DNA of 64,000 nt, taken from positions 1,177,683 to 1,241,682 of the forward strand of contig OY970218.1 in NCBI GenBank assembly GCA_963713975.1. The letters are read 5' to 3'. The notes beneath the pieces are model-generated. The model saw only the letters and a program-made list of their open reading frames with translations. It had not been told where the DNA came from and searched no databases. The DNA is from an uncultured Chloroflexia bacterium (GTDB taxonomy: Bacteria > Chloroflexota > Limnocylindria > Limnocylindrales > CSP1-4). Each line of letters begins with the position of its first letter. The first letter of the stretch is position 1. Positions 1-8,892 of this stretch are shown here, one piece after another. The position numbers were made by a program, and so were the translations under genes.

Positions 1-1
1 C

Positions 2-202
2 GGCCAGAAGCTGGGCACGTTCATGTCGAAGGAGAAGAACGAGGACCTGCACTCCCTGAAGGCCTTGATCGAGTCGGGCAAGGTCACTCCGGTTATCGAC
101 CGGACCTACCCGCTGGACGAGGTTCCCGACGCGATCCGCTACCTGCACGAGGGACATGCCCGGGGCAAGATCGTGATCGGCGTTGACCGTGCGACCGCCT
201 GA
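2..202 (+). CDS. C-terminal end of a medium-chain dehydrogenase/reductase (quinone oxidoreductase-like); 5' part lies outside the window
   Basis: Translation ...PVIDRTYPLDEVPDAIRYLHEGHARGKIVIGV* matches the C-terminal motif of zinc-type ADH/MDR proteins. Its tail is nearly identical to the other MDR paralogs in the window. Confidence 0.7.
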   Translation, partial: GQKLGTFMSKEKNEDLHSLKALIESGKVTPVIDRTYPLDEVPDAIRYLHEGHARGKIVIGVDRATA

Positions 203-268
203 CGAGGTGGATGCCGTGACCCTTCGCCCGGTCGGTGCGCCAGCGAAGAACTCAGGGAGGGTTGACCC

Positions 269-430
269 GTGCACAACAAGCGATTGAGCCAGGGGGCGTG
301 CGTCGCCCTCGGTGCCGGGATCGGCGCCACCATCGGGATCGCCATCGGCAACGTCGGCGCTGGCATCGGCGTGGGTGTCGCCATCGGTGCTGCCCTCGCA
401 ACCAGGGTGTCGGGCGGTGAGGCGAGGTGA
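269..430 (+). CDS. Small glycine-zipper membrane peptide (~53 aa); possibly GlsB/YeaQ/YmgE-like
   Basis: GTG start with GGAGG 7 nt upstream. Translation VHNKRLSQGACVALGAGIGATIGIAIGNVGAGIGVGVAIGAALATRVSGGEAR has GxxxG repeats. Its stop overlaps the GTG of the next gene (GTGA). Confidence 0.45.
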   Translation: MHNKRLSQGACVALGAGIGATIGIAIGNVGAGIGVGVAIGAALATRVSGGEAR

Positions 431-1400
431 AGGCGATCCGCCGAGACAGGTACGGCCCGCCCGACATCCTGGAACTCAACGAAGTCGAGAAGCCCGTCCC
501 GAAGGACGACGAGGTCCTGGTCCGTATCCGGGCGTCATCCCTGAACCAGGCTGACCTCGATTACCTGCTGGGCAAGCCCTTCCTCACGCGCATGGGCACC
601 GGGCTCCGCACGCCGAGGAACCGCGGCCTGGGCTTGGACGCGGCCGGGCAGGTCGAGGCCGTTGGCCCCGACGTGACGGCGTTTCAGCTGGGCGACGACG
701 TGTTCGGAGACCTGACCGCGTTCGGCTACGGTGCCTTCGCCGAGTACGCGTGCGCTCCGGAGGACGCCTGGGCGCGGATGCCCGCGGGCCTGACCTTCGA
801 GGAAGCGGCGACCATTCCCCAGGCGGCCATCCTGGCCCTGCAGGGCCTCAAGCGAGGGAGCGGCTCGGGTCGGGAACGAGGGTGCTGATCAACGGTGCGT
901 CAGGCAACGTGGGCCCGTTCGCCGTCCAGATCGCGAAGGCCTTCTGCGCCCACGTGACCGGCGCCTGCAGCACCGCCAAGGTGGACATGGTGCGGGGGCT
1001 CGGCGCCGACGAGGTCATCGACTACACCCGCGAGGACTACACCCGGCGGGGACAACGGTACGACTGGATCGTCGATGTCGCGGGCAACCGTTCGATCCTC
1101 GAGTGCCGGCGGGCGCTGAAGCCTGGGGGCGTCTACGTCATTGTCGGCGGTCCCACGAGCCGCATCCTGGGCGCCCTGCTGCTCGGTCCGCTGATCTCGC
1201 TGGCCGGGAGCAGGACGATGGGTCTCATGCTGGGGTGGAAGCTCTTCAAGAAGGAAGACGTGGTCCTTCTGAAACAGCTCATCGGGGCTGGGAAGATCCG
1301 GCCGATGATCGATCGGAGGTATCCACTGACGGACGTTGCTGCAGCGCTTCGGTACCTGCATGGCGGACACGCTCGGGGGAAGGTCGTCATCACCGTGTGA
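427..1400 (+). pseudogene. Zinc-type alcohol dehydrogenase / MDR oxidoreductase, disrupted by a frameshift near 860-890
   Basis: ORF 427-888 encodes the MDR N-terminal catalytic domain (MKAIRRDRYGPPDILELNEVEKPVPKDDEVLVRIRASSLN...). ORF 750-1400, in another frame, encodes the Rossmann/C-terminal part (VLINGASGNVGPFAVQIAKAF...RYLHGGHARGKVVITV). The two halves overlap, so a +/-1 frameshift or a sequencing error lies between them. Confidence 0.75.
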
Positions 1401-1508
1401 GGTCCCGCGCACGGCCCAGACCGAGGCGTTGTCGCGCAACGGATCGTCCGCAAGGCGTAGCACCACGGGCGAATAGACCGCAGCGCCCGCCCCGTCGACG
1501 ATTCGGGG

Positions 1509-1952
1509 GTGAAGCTGTGCACGGTCTGCGGTGTCATCACCAGCCGCGCGGGTAGTCGCTGCACCGAGCACGCTCGCCAATCCAACCGCAGCAGGCACAA
1601 CGCCATGTACAGCACGCGGGCCTGGCAACGAATCAGCGCCCGCGTGCTTCGTGCCTGGCGTGGTGAGCACGGCAACTGGTGCCCCGGCTACCAGCGCCCC
1701 GCCCACCCCGCGCGTGACCTGACCGTCGATCACGTCGTATCACTCTCGGTTGGCGGTGCGCCGTTCGACATCGGCAACACCGCCGTGCTCTGCCGCTCGT
1801 GCAACTCGACCAAGGGTGCGACGACCGAGGGGGGCGGGGTAGCCCATGGGGGGACGCGGCTGCTCCCTGACCGCGCCCGGCGAGTGTGTGCACGCGGCCG
1901 AGTTTCGTGCTTAATGGGGGGTTTTCGCCAGGGGGCGATGCGCGAGCTCTGA
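1509..1952 (+). CDS. HNH endonuclease (phage/mobile-element type)
   Basis: Motifs CTVCG...C and DHVVSLSVGG...NTAVLCRSCNSTKG are typical of HNH/Zn-finger nucleases. It is isolated from any other phage genes. Confidence 0.7.
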   Translation: MKLCTVCGVITSRAGSRCTEHARQSNRSRHNAMYSTRAWQRISARVLRAWRGEHGNWCPGYQRPAHPARDLTVDHVVSLSVGGAPFDIGNTAVLCRSCNSTKGATTEGGGVAHGGTRLLPDRARRVCARGRVSCLMGGFRQGAMREL

Positions 1953-2468
1953 CGCCCTCGACACAATGGCCGCGGCCGCGACGATGACCCTCCGCGCGAG
2001 CCTCGCACCGCCGCGCCACTGCCCGGCCTGCGGTGCCGGGCTCCCGTATCTCGGCGGGCGGGGCAGGCCGCGCCGGTGGTGCGAGGCCCACCATCCCCGT
2101 CCCGCGCGTCTTCGCCCACGGACGGCACTGGACGCCGGCGTGTCTGCCGCCACGGCCTGAGGCGCCGCACCGAGACCGGCCCCGCGACCTCGCCGATCTT
2201 CGCCCGTGCGGGCCTACGTTGGTCGAAGGGCGGCTCTGAGCCTGCGGGAGCCACCAGTGCCACCGGCCCCGGGCCTGGCGTAGCGCGAGGGCGACCCGTC
2301 CGTCGATCGCCCTCGTCCCGTTGGCGGTGATGGTCGGCGGGCCCCGGTTGGCGGTGTAGGGCCCGCCCGCCGCCGACGGCTCGGCGCCGATGCGCTGGCG
2401 GGCAGGCCGTCTGCTGGGCAAGGCCCGTTCGATGGCCGTCTCCGTGCAGACCCTGTCCCGCGCCCCGA

Positions 2469-2536
2469 GCAAACACCGCAGACGCCGCTGGGCTGACTCC
2501 GTTGGAGGTCGGAGGCAACGGGCCTACGGTCGAGCC
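2469..2536 (+). promoter_or_regulatory. Conserved upstream element, copy 1 (CCCCGAGCAAACACC...CTGGGCTGACTCCGTTGG...CCTACGGTC), ~67 nt upstream of the MDR gene at 2604
   Basis: Clear nucleotide similarity to 10729-10795, which sits at equivalent spacing upstream of an unrelated gene. Contains a conserved CUCCG/CGGAG hairpin. Confidence 0.45.
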
Positions 2537-2603
2537 AGCTCGAGCGACGGTGCACTGAGCCCGTCCCCCGGGAGCACGGATCGACCACCACGAGGAGCGT
2601 CCC

Positions 2604-3641
2604 ATGAAAGCGATCGTCCAGGACCACTACGGCTCGGAGGACGTCCTCCAGCTCCGCGACATCGACCGGCCGGTCATCGGCAACGGCGACGTGCTGGTGC
2701 GCGTCCATGCCGCGTCGATCCATATCGGCGACCGGCTGATCATGCAGGGGAGCCCCTTCCTGGTCCGCATGGCCACCGGCCTCGGGCGCCCGAAGCAGCC
2801 CATTCCGGGCACCGATATCGCCGGCACGGTCGAGGCCGTGGGCAACGACGTTACGCGCTTCAAGGTCGGCGACGAGGTCTTCGGCTGGACGTCTGGCGCC
2901 TTCGCCGAGTACGCCTCGGTGCCCGAGGACCACCTGGCGGCCAAGCCGGCACGGCTGAGCTTCGAGGAGGCCGCGGCCGTGGGCGTTTCCGCGACGGTGG
3001 CGCTCCAGCTCCTTCGCGACGATGGCAAGGTGAAGCCCGGTCAGAAGGTGCTCATCAACGGGGCGTCGGGCGGGGTCGGCACGTACGCCGTCCAGATCGC
3101 CAAGGCGTTCGGCGCGGAGGTCACGGGCGTGACCAGCACTCGCAACGCGGAGATAGTCAGGTCAATCGGCGCCGACCACGTCGTTGACTACACCAGGGAG
3201 GACTTCACGAAGGGGACCGAGCGGTACGACTTCATCCTCGACAACGTCGCCAACCACTCCCTGGCCGAGACGCGTCGCGCCCTCTCCCCGACGGGAACCC
3301 TGCTTCCGAATGGTGGCGGCCACACGGGTGGCGGCGTGGGCCGGCTGATCCGCGCCACGATCGCCTCGATGGTCTTCCGCGGCCAGGGCCGCCCATCCGT
3401 GAAGTTCCAGAACGCCGCGGACTTGGCTGCCCTCGTGGGGCTCGTCGAGACCGGCAAGATCACGCCGGTCATCGACCGCACCTATCCGCTGGCCGAGACC
3501 GCCGCGGCGCTGCGCCAGGTGGGCACTGGGCATGCACGCGGCACCGTCGTGATCAGCATCGCGGGGCCGGCGGCCGGCACCACGACCTCGGCAGGCACCG
3601 TGGGCGCGGCCACACCGCTTGCCGCGGGCGGTGTGGCATGA
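2604..3641 (+). CDS. Zinc-binding dehydrogenase / NADPH:quinone oxidoreductase (MDR family)
   Basis: Full-length 345 aa with GxGxxG-like VLINGASGGVGTYAVQIAKAFGAEV and the C-terminal PVIDRTYPLAE...GHARGTVV motif. Confidence 0.85.
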   Translation: MKAIVQDHYGSEDVLQLRDIDRPVIGNGDVLVRVHAASIHIGDRLIMQGSPFLVRMATGLGRPKQPIPGTDIAGTVEAVGNDVTRFKVGDEVFGWTSGAFAEYASVPEDHLAAKPARLSFEEAAAVGVSATVALQLLRDDGKVKPGQKVLINGASGGVGTYAVQIAKAFGAEVTGVTSTRNAEIVRSIGADHVVDYTREDFTKGTERYDFILDNVANHSLAETRRALSPTGTLLPNGGGHTGGGVGRLIRATIASMVFRGQGRPSVKFQNAADLAALVGLVETGKITPVIDRTYPLAETAAALRQVGTGHARGTVVISIAGPAAGTTTSAGTVGAATPLAAGGVA

Positions 3642-4810
3642 CCCTCCTGCGCGAGCTGGGCCGCCGGAAGCTGCGGACCACGCTGACGGTGCTCGGCATC
3701 ACCATCGGCATCTGGGCGCTGGTGGTGTTCAGCTCCATGGCCAACAAGATCAACTCGTTCGTGGCGAGCGGCAGCGACTACTACACCGGCAAGGTCCTCG
3801 TGAGCGACGGCTCGAGCGGCGGGATCGGCATCAGCCTCGTGCCCGTCGACCTGTCCGTCGCCGACCGGATCGGCGAGATGGCCGGCGTGGCCGCCGTCGA
3901 CCCCCAGGTGCAGATCCCCTACGACGAGGCGGGCACCACGATGTTCAGCATGCCCCGCATGATCGTGGGCGCCGTGGCGGACGCGGACAAGGGCCTCGCG
4001 CGCCTCGATCTGCAGCCTGCCGTCGGGCGACGGCTGACCGCTGCCGACGAAGGATCCCGCGTCATCGTCCTGGGCAGCGACCTGGCAAGAGAGCTGGATG
4101 TCGCCGTCGGCGAGCAGATGCTGCTCCGCGGCGGCACGTTCGAGGTCGTGGGCGTCCTGCAACCGACGCTCAGCACGCCGGACACGACGGCGATGGTGCC
4201 GCTGGCTGCAGGCCAGGACCTCTTCCTCGCGACCCTCCCGCACACCCTGGGCTCGGCCCTCGACCCGACCAGAATGGCGTCGCAGATCGTCGTGTATGCC
4301 GAGGATGGCACCGACCCCGTCGAGCTTGGCGGCCATATCGAGGCCGCGGTCGATCAGGTCACCACGATGACCAGCGCCGACTTCGACCAGCAGGTGGGTA
4401 CGACCACCCTGATCTTCAACGCCATCATCGTCGGCGTCGCGGTCATCAGCCTGATTGTCGGCGGCCTCTCGGTGATCAACACGATGGCCATGAGCGTCAC
4501 CGAGCGCACCCGGGAGATCGGGATCAAGCGCGCGATCGGCGGCTCTCGCCACCGGATCATTCGCGAGCTGGTCGCCGAGGCGGCCCTCATCGGCTTGATC
4601 GGCGGGGTCATCGGCCTCGCGCTCGGCGCCGTCGGGGTCACGCTGGCAAACGAGGCCGGCCGAAGTTCCGGGATGAACCTGTTCGACCTGACCCTCGGCA
4701 CGGCCGTGTTCGCCGTCGCCTTCAGCACGATCCTCGGCATGGTCGCCGGCGTCGTGCCCGCCTGGAACGCGGCCCGGCTCGACCCGGTCGCCGCGCTGCG
4801 ATACGAGTGA
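3638..4810 (+). CDS. ABC transporter permease, FtsX/MacB-like
   Basis: ATGA overlap with the upstream gene. N-terminal TM helix, a large periplasmic-type domain, and C-terminal 3-4 TM helices with the FtsX-like conserved segment (SVTERTREIGIKRAIGG). Confidence 0.8.
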   Translation: MTLLRELGRRKLRTTLTVLGITIGIWALVVFSSMANKINSFVASGSDYYTGKVLVSDGSSGGIGISLVPVDLSVADRIGEMAGVAAVDPQVQIPYDEAGTTMFSMPRMIVGAVADADKGLARLDLQPAVGRRLTAADEGSRVIVLGSDLARELDVAVGEQMLLRGGTFEVVGVLQPTLSTPDTTAMVPLAAGQDLFLATLPHTLGSALDPTRMASQIVVYAEDGTDPVELGGHIEAAVDQVTTMTSADFDQQVGTTTLIFNAIIVGVAVISLIVGGLSVINTMAMSVTERTREIGIKRAIGGSRHRIIRELVAEAALIGLIGGVIGLALGAVGVTLANEAGRSSGMNLFDLTLGTAVFAVAFSTILGMVAGVVPAWNAARLDPVAALRYE

Positions 4811-4817
4811 GGACGAG

Positions 4818-5534
4818 ATGACCACACTGCTGGCAGGTCGCGACCTGCGCAAGACCTACCGCCTGAGTCGGGACAACAGCCTGCATGCCCTTCGCGGCGT
4901 GAACGTGGCCATCGATGCCGGCGAAATGGTGGCCATCATGGGAGCGTCGGGATCGGGCAAGAGCACGCTCATGCACATCCTGGGCCTGCTCCATGCCCCA
5001 GATGGTGATCCTGGTCCGATGCCGCAGCTCCACTTCGACGGCACGGATGTCACGCGCCTGTCGGACGCCGAACGAACCCGCCTCCGCGCCAACCGGCTGG
5101 GCTTCGTCTTCCAGTCGTTCAACCTGGTGCCGACCCTGACCGCGATCGAGAACGTGATGCTGGCCGCGGACTATGCGGGCGAGGACCGGAGAACCGCGCG
5201 ACGTGTCGCCACCGAGGCGCTGTCCTGGGTGGCACTAGAGGCCAGGGCCGGCCACCGTCCAATGGAGCTCTCGGGCGGGGAGCAGCAACGAGTAGCCCTC
5301 GCGCGGGCCCTGGTGAACCAGCCTACGTTGCTGCTCGCCGACGAGCCGACCGGCGCCCTCGACTCGGCCCGATCGACCGAGGTCATGGCCCTCCTCCGAC
5401 GCTTCAACCGGGAGCGCGGGCAGACGATGGTCATCGTCACCCACGACCCCGTCGTCGCTCGGGCCACAGACCGCGTCATCCACATGCAGGACGGCCTTGT
5501 CGTTGACGCGCCGCCCGTGGCGCTCGTCGCGTGA
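4818..5534 (+). CDS. ABC transporter ATP-binding protein (MacB/LolD-like)
   Basis: Walker A GASGSGKST, signature LSGGEQQRVALARAL, Walker B LLLADEPT. Confidence 0.9.
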   Translation: MTTLLAGRDLRKTYRLSRDNSLHALRGVNVAIDAGEMVAIMGASGSGKSTLMHILGLLHAPDGDPGPMPQLHFDGTDVTRLSDAERTRLRANRLGFVFQSFNLVPTLTAIENVMLAADYAGEDRRTARRVATEALSWVALEARAGHRPMELSGGEQQRVALARALVNQPTLLLADEPTGALDSARSTEVMALLRRFNRERGQTMVIVTHDPVVARATDRVIHMQDGLVVDAPPVALVA

Positions 5535-6445
5535 CGGCGATGCGGGCCGTCGTGCTCCCGCGGCCGGGGTCGGCGGACGTCCTCGAGCTCCGGGAGTTGG
5601 AGGTGCCCACCCCGGGCGAGCACGAGGTCCTGGTCCGCGTTCGGGCCGCGACAGTCACGCGCGGCGACGTGGCCCTCAGGCGCGTGCCGCGACTCATGTG
5701 GCCCTTGCTCCGCATCGGGATGGGGCTCCGGCGCAAGCGGATCCTGGGCCACGAATACGCGGGCGAGGTCGAGGCGGTGGGCCGCGACGTAACCCGCTTC
5801 GCTCCCGGGGATGCCGTGTTCGGCACTACCACCGGGCTGGCGACCGGATCACACGCGGAGTACGTGTGCGTGCCGGACGATGGCGTGCTCGCCGCGAAGC
5901 CCACGAGCGTCGCCTTCGAGGAGGCGGCGGCGGTCCCGGTCGGCGCGATGACGGCTCTTCGGCTCCTTCGCGACGCTGGCGTCACGACAGGCTCGAAGGT
6001 CCTTGTCCACGGCGCCTCCGGCAGCGTGGGGACGTTCGCGGTGCAGTTGGCGCGGCACGAGGGCGCCGTGGTCACCGGCGTGTGCAGCACTGCCAACATG
6101 GAGTTGGTGGCGTCGCTGGGAGCCACCACGGTCATCGACTACAACACCATGGACTACGCGGCGGGCGATGTCCGGTATGACGTGGTTGTGGATGCCGCCG
6201 GCAAGGCCTCGCGCGACCGCGCCAGGGCGGTGCTGGCCGAGGGCGGTCGGTTCGTCTCGGTCCGATCCGCTGCCCGCGAACGCGCCGCCGACCTGGTGCA
6301 CATCGCGGGCCTGCTGGAGCAGGGAGCTATCAGGCCCGTCATCGACCGCGCCTACCCGCTGGCGCGGATCGCGGAGGCCCACCGGTACGTCGAGGGTGGT
6401 CACAAGGTTGGGAACGTCGTCATCACGCTGGGGCCCTCGACATGA
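5531..6445 (+). CDS. MDR family NADPH:quinone oxidoreductase / zinc-binding dehydrogenase
   Basis: 304 aa with VLVHGASGSVGTFAVQLAR Rossmann motif. Start and stop overlap the neighbouring genes, indicating an operon. Confidence 0.85.
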   Translation: MTAMRAVVLPRPGSADVLELRELEVPTPGEHEVLVRVRAATVTRGDVALRRVPRLMWPLLRIGMGLRRKRILGHEYAGEVEAVGRDVTRFAPGDAVFGTTTGLATGSHAEYVCVPDDGVLAAKPTSVAFEEAAAVPVGAMTALRLLRDAGVTTGSKVLVHGASGSVGTFAVQLARHEGAVVTGVCSTANMELVASLGATTVIDYNTMDYAAGDVRYDVVVDAAGKASRDRARAVLAEGGRFVSVRSAARERAADLVHIAGLLEQGAIRPVIDRAYPLARIAEAHRYVEGGHKVGNVVITLGPST

Positions 6446-6998
6446 AGGCGTGGATGCGGGAGCAGTACGGCCCGTCGGACGAGCTCGAGCTCAGGGACGT
6501 GCCCAAGCCCGCCATCGGCGATGACGGGGTGCTGGTCCTCGTCCGCGCTTCGTCCCTGAACCAGGCGGATCTCGACTACCTCTACGGTCGGCCATTCCTC
6601 ACCCGCCTGGGCACGGGGCTTCGCCGGCCCAGGAACCGTGCCTTCGGGCTGGACGTGGCGGGGCAAGTCGAGGCGGTCGGCAGCGGAGTGACCGCCTCCC
6701 GGCCGGGCGATGAGGTGTTCGGGGACCTCACGCAGTTCGGATACGGCGCCTTTGCCGAGTTCGCAGGTGCGCCGGAGCGAGCCTGGGCGCACAAGCCGGC
6801 GCCCGTGACGTTCGAGGAGGCCGCGACCGTCCCGCAGGCGGCCGTCCTCGCCCTGCAGGGGTTCCAGGGCTCATCGAGACCGGCAGGATCAAGCCGGTCA
6901 TCGACAGAATATTCCCCCTGCACGAGGTCCCCCAGGCACTGCGGTATCTCGAGGAGAAGCGCGCCGTCGGGAAGATCGTCGTGACTGTGTCACCGTGA
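6442..6998 (+). pseudogene. MDR oxidoreductase remnant with an internal deletion
   Basis: The first ~135 aa match the N-terminus of the paralog at 427 (MKAWMREQYGPSDELELRDVPKPAIGDDGVLVLVRASSLNQADLDYL...). The Rossmann domain is missing. The last ~40 codons, in another frame, read LIETGRIKPVIDRIFPLHEVPQALRYLEEKRAVGKIVVTVSP*. Confidence 0.7.
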
Positions 6999-7768
6999 TA
7001 TCCGGCGAAGCGGACGAGAACACCATGCAGGCGATGGCTGATGCCGGGGACAGCTCCATGGGCGGAACACCTCCAACCGTGGCGGACCATCCACCCGCCG
7101 CGCGCCGCTGGCTCGAGGCAGCGATCCCCTCGGCCCCGGTCCCGATCGACCATGATCCCGGCCCAACCCGACTCCGCGTCCGGGGCTCGATCTGTCGTTC
7201 CCCCGGCGGGAGCTGGATGGACTGGGAAGGGCACCATTCGATCGAAGCCGACGGGCTCGGCTTTCGGTGGCAAGCCAGGCTGCGGTTGGCGCGGTGGGCA
7301 TGGGTCGACGCCGAGGACCGGCTCGATGTCGGGGGCGGATACGGTGGCGCGCGACTTTTTGGCGTCATTCCGGTTGGGTCTGCCCGAGGGCCCGAGGTGA
7401 CGCGGTCGCAGGTCGTCCGCAATCTCGCGGAACTTGCGTTCGCTCCACTCGCCGCGTCGCGAGCACGAGGGATCGTCTGGGTCGCGGACGGCGACGACGC
7501 CTTCACACTCGCGGCTCCTGGGATCGACGCCGCCGCGATCGTCCGAGTCACCATCGATGAAGCTGGCGACGTTCGATCGGCCCGGTCGCCGGATCGGCCT
7601 CGAGAACACGGACGAGCCGGATACCTGCATGAGCCATACCGACTCGAATTTGGCCGCCACGAACGCCGATCGTCGGGCGAACGGATCCCGCTCCGCGCCT
7701 CGGGCACCTTCGAGACTGCCAACGGGGACTGGCCCTACTGGCGGTTCGAGGTGCTCGACGCGTTGTGA
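6995..7768 (+). CDS. Hypothetical protein
   Basis: 257-aa ORF (GTG start; ATG alternative at 7025) with no recognisable motif. It fills the gap between the oxidoreductase cluster and the two-component system. Codon usage appears coding. Confidence 0.4.
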   Translation: MISGEADENTMQAMADAGDSSMGGTPPTVADHPPAARRWLEAAIPSAPVPIDHDPGPTRLRVRGSICRSPGGSWMDWEGHHSIEADGLGFRWQARLRLARWAWVDAEDRLDVGGGYGGARLFGVIPVGSARGPEVTRSQVVRNLAELAFAPLAASRARGIVWVADGDDAFTLAAPGIDAAAIVRVTIDEAGDVRSARSPDRPREHGRAGYLHEPYRLEFGRHERRSSGERIPLRASGTFETANGDWPYWRFEVLDAL

Positions 7769-7840
7769 TCGGTCGCTCGCGTCCAGCTTGCTCGAAAGGC
7801 CGAGCCCGGACGGCACCCACCCTCGATCGAGGCGATCGCG

Positions 7841-8497
7841 TCAACCCGGACCGCGAAGGTGCGCGAGGACCGCGAGCACGCGACGGTGGTCGTCGGCGGC
7901 GGGTTCCAGCTCGAGCTTCGAGAAGATGTTGGCAATATGGGCCTCAACCGTCTTCCGCGCCATCCCGAGGCGATCGCCGATCGCCTGGTTCGATCGACCC
8001 TCGGCCATCAGCGCCAGGACGGCGCGCTCCCGCTCGGTGAGGTCATCCAGCGGGACGCGCGAGCGGCGACCGACCAGTACCGCGACAACCGCCGGGTCGA
8101 TGACCGAACCTCCCTTGGCGATCCGCCTGATTGCGTCTGCGAGGTCGTCGATGTCTGACACGCGGTCCTTGAGCAGATATCCGACGCCTCCGGCGCCATC
8201 GCTCATCAGGCGAAGCGCAAACGATGGCTCCACGTGCTGCGAGAGCACCAGGATGCCGACAGCCGTTCCATGCTCCGCGCGGATCGCTTGCGCGGCCCGC
8301 AACCCCTCGTCGGTGTGGGTCGGGGGCATCCGGATATCGACGATCGCCACGTCCGGGAGCAGCTCTCGGGTGGCCTTTAGGAGCGCATCGGCGTCGCCGA
8401 CCTGCGCGACCACCTCGAAACCGACATCACCGAGCAGGCGTGCGACCCCCTGGCGGACAAGCACCGTGTCGTCGGCAAGGACGAGCCGCAGCGTCAT
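7841..8497 (-). CDS. NarL/LuxR-family response regulator (REC + GerE HTH)
   Basis: N-terminal receiver with LADDTVLVRQG...DVAIVDIRMP. C-terminal HTH LTERERAVLALMAEGRSNQAIGDRLGMARKTVEAHIANIFSKL. Confidence 0.9.
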   Translation of the reverse strand: MTLRLVLADDTVLVRQGVARLLGDVGFEVVAQVGDADALLKATRELLPDVAIVDIRMPPTHTDEGLRAAQAIRAEHGTAVGILVLSQHVEPSFALRLMSDGAGGVGYLLKDRVSDIDDLADAIRRIAKGGSVIDPAVVAVLVGRRSRVPLDDLTERERAVLALMAEGRSNQAIGDRLGMARKTVEAHIANIFSKLELEPAADDHRRVLAVLAHLRGPG

Positions 8498-8850
8498 CCC
8501 CGCTCCACCAGCGCCTGGATCCTGGCCCCGGAGACCTGCTCCTTGGGAATGAATCCCAGGCAGTCGCTGGTCCTCAGCCGGCGCCCATACGCACGCGCAT
8601 CGCGGCTCGACGTCAGCACGACGAGCGGAGGCGGTCCGTCGACCGCCAGCTCGCGCGCCACCGAGAACCCCTCGACATCGGGCAGTCCGATGTCGAGGAG
8701 GACGAAGTCCGGCCGGAGTGATCGGGCAGCGGCCAGTCCCGATGCCCCGTCAACGGCCTCGCCGACAACGACGAAGCCATCCGCCTCGAGGAGCTCACGC
8801 GCCTGCATGCGGAACCGCGCGTCGTCGTCGACGATCAGGATCGTGCTCAT
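8494..8850 (-). CDS. Single-domain response regulator (receiver only)
   Basis: ILIVDDDARFR...PDFVLLDIGLPDVEGF are CheY-like receiver motifs. Overlaps the neighbouring genes. Confidence 0.8.
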   Translation of the reverse strand: MSTILIVDDDARFRMQARELLEADGFVVVGEAVDGASGLAAARSLRPDFVLLDIGLPDVEGFSVARELAVDGPPPLVVLTSSRDARAYGRRLRTSDCLGFIPKEQVSGARIQALVERG

Positions 8851-8892
8851 GGGGCCATCGTGCCATGTGGGCGAGCCGTCCTCCTACAGGGT

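Noticed and set aside
2390-2540. Short ORFs spanning conserved element copy 1, and 10611-10808 spanning copy 2, as a possible conserved leader peptide.
   Set aside because: Copy 1 has an in-frame stop where copy 2 continues. The amino-acid similarity is just a by-product of nucleotide identity. Conservation is better explained at the RNA or DNA level.
3619-4821. 400-aa plus-strand ORF in an alternate frame to the permease.
   Set aside because: Arg/His/Asp-rich junk. The overlapping frame (3638-4810) gives a coherent FtsX-like membrane protein.
3482-4852. 456-aa minus-strand ORF antisense to the ABC permease.
   Set aside because: Asp/Arg/Gly/His-rich low-complexity translation, fully overlapped by a well-supported plus-strand gene. 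This is a typical high-GC antisense artefact. The same judgement applies to 1633-2605(-), 18868-19815(-), 38256-39809(-), 40954-42258(-), 55751-57058(-), 56859-58173(-), 58476-59492(-), 61834-62670(-) and 63014-63853(-).
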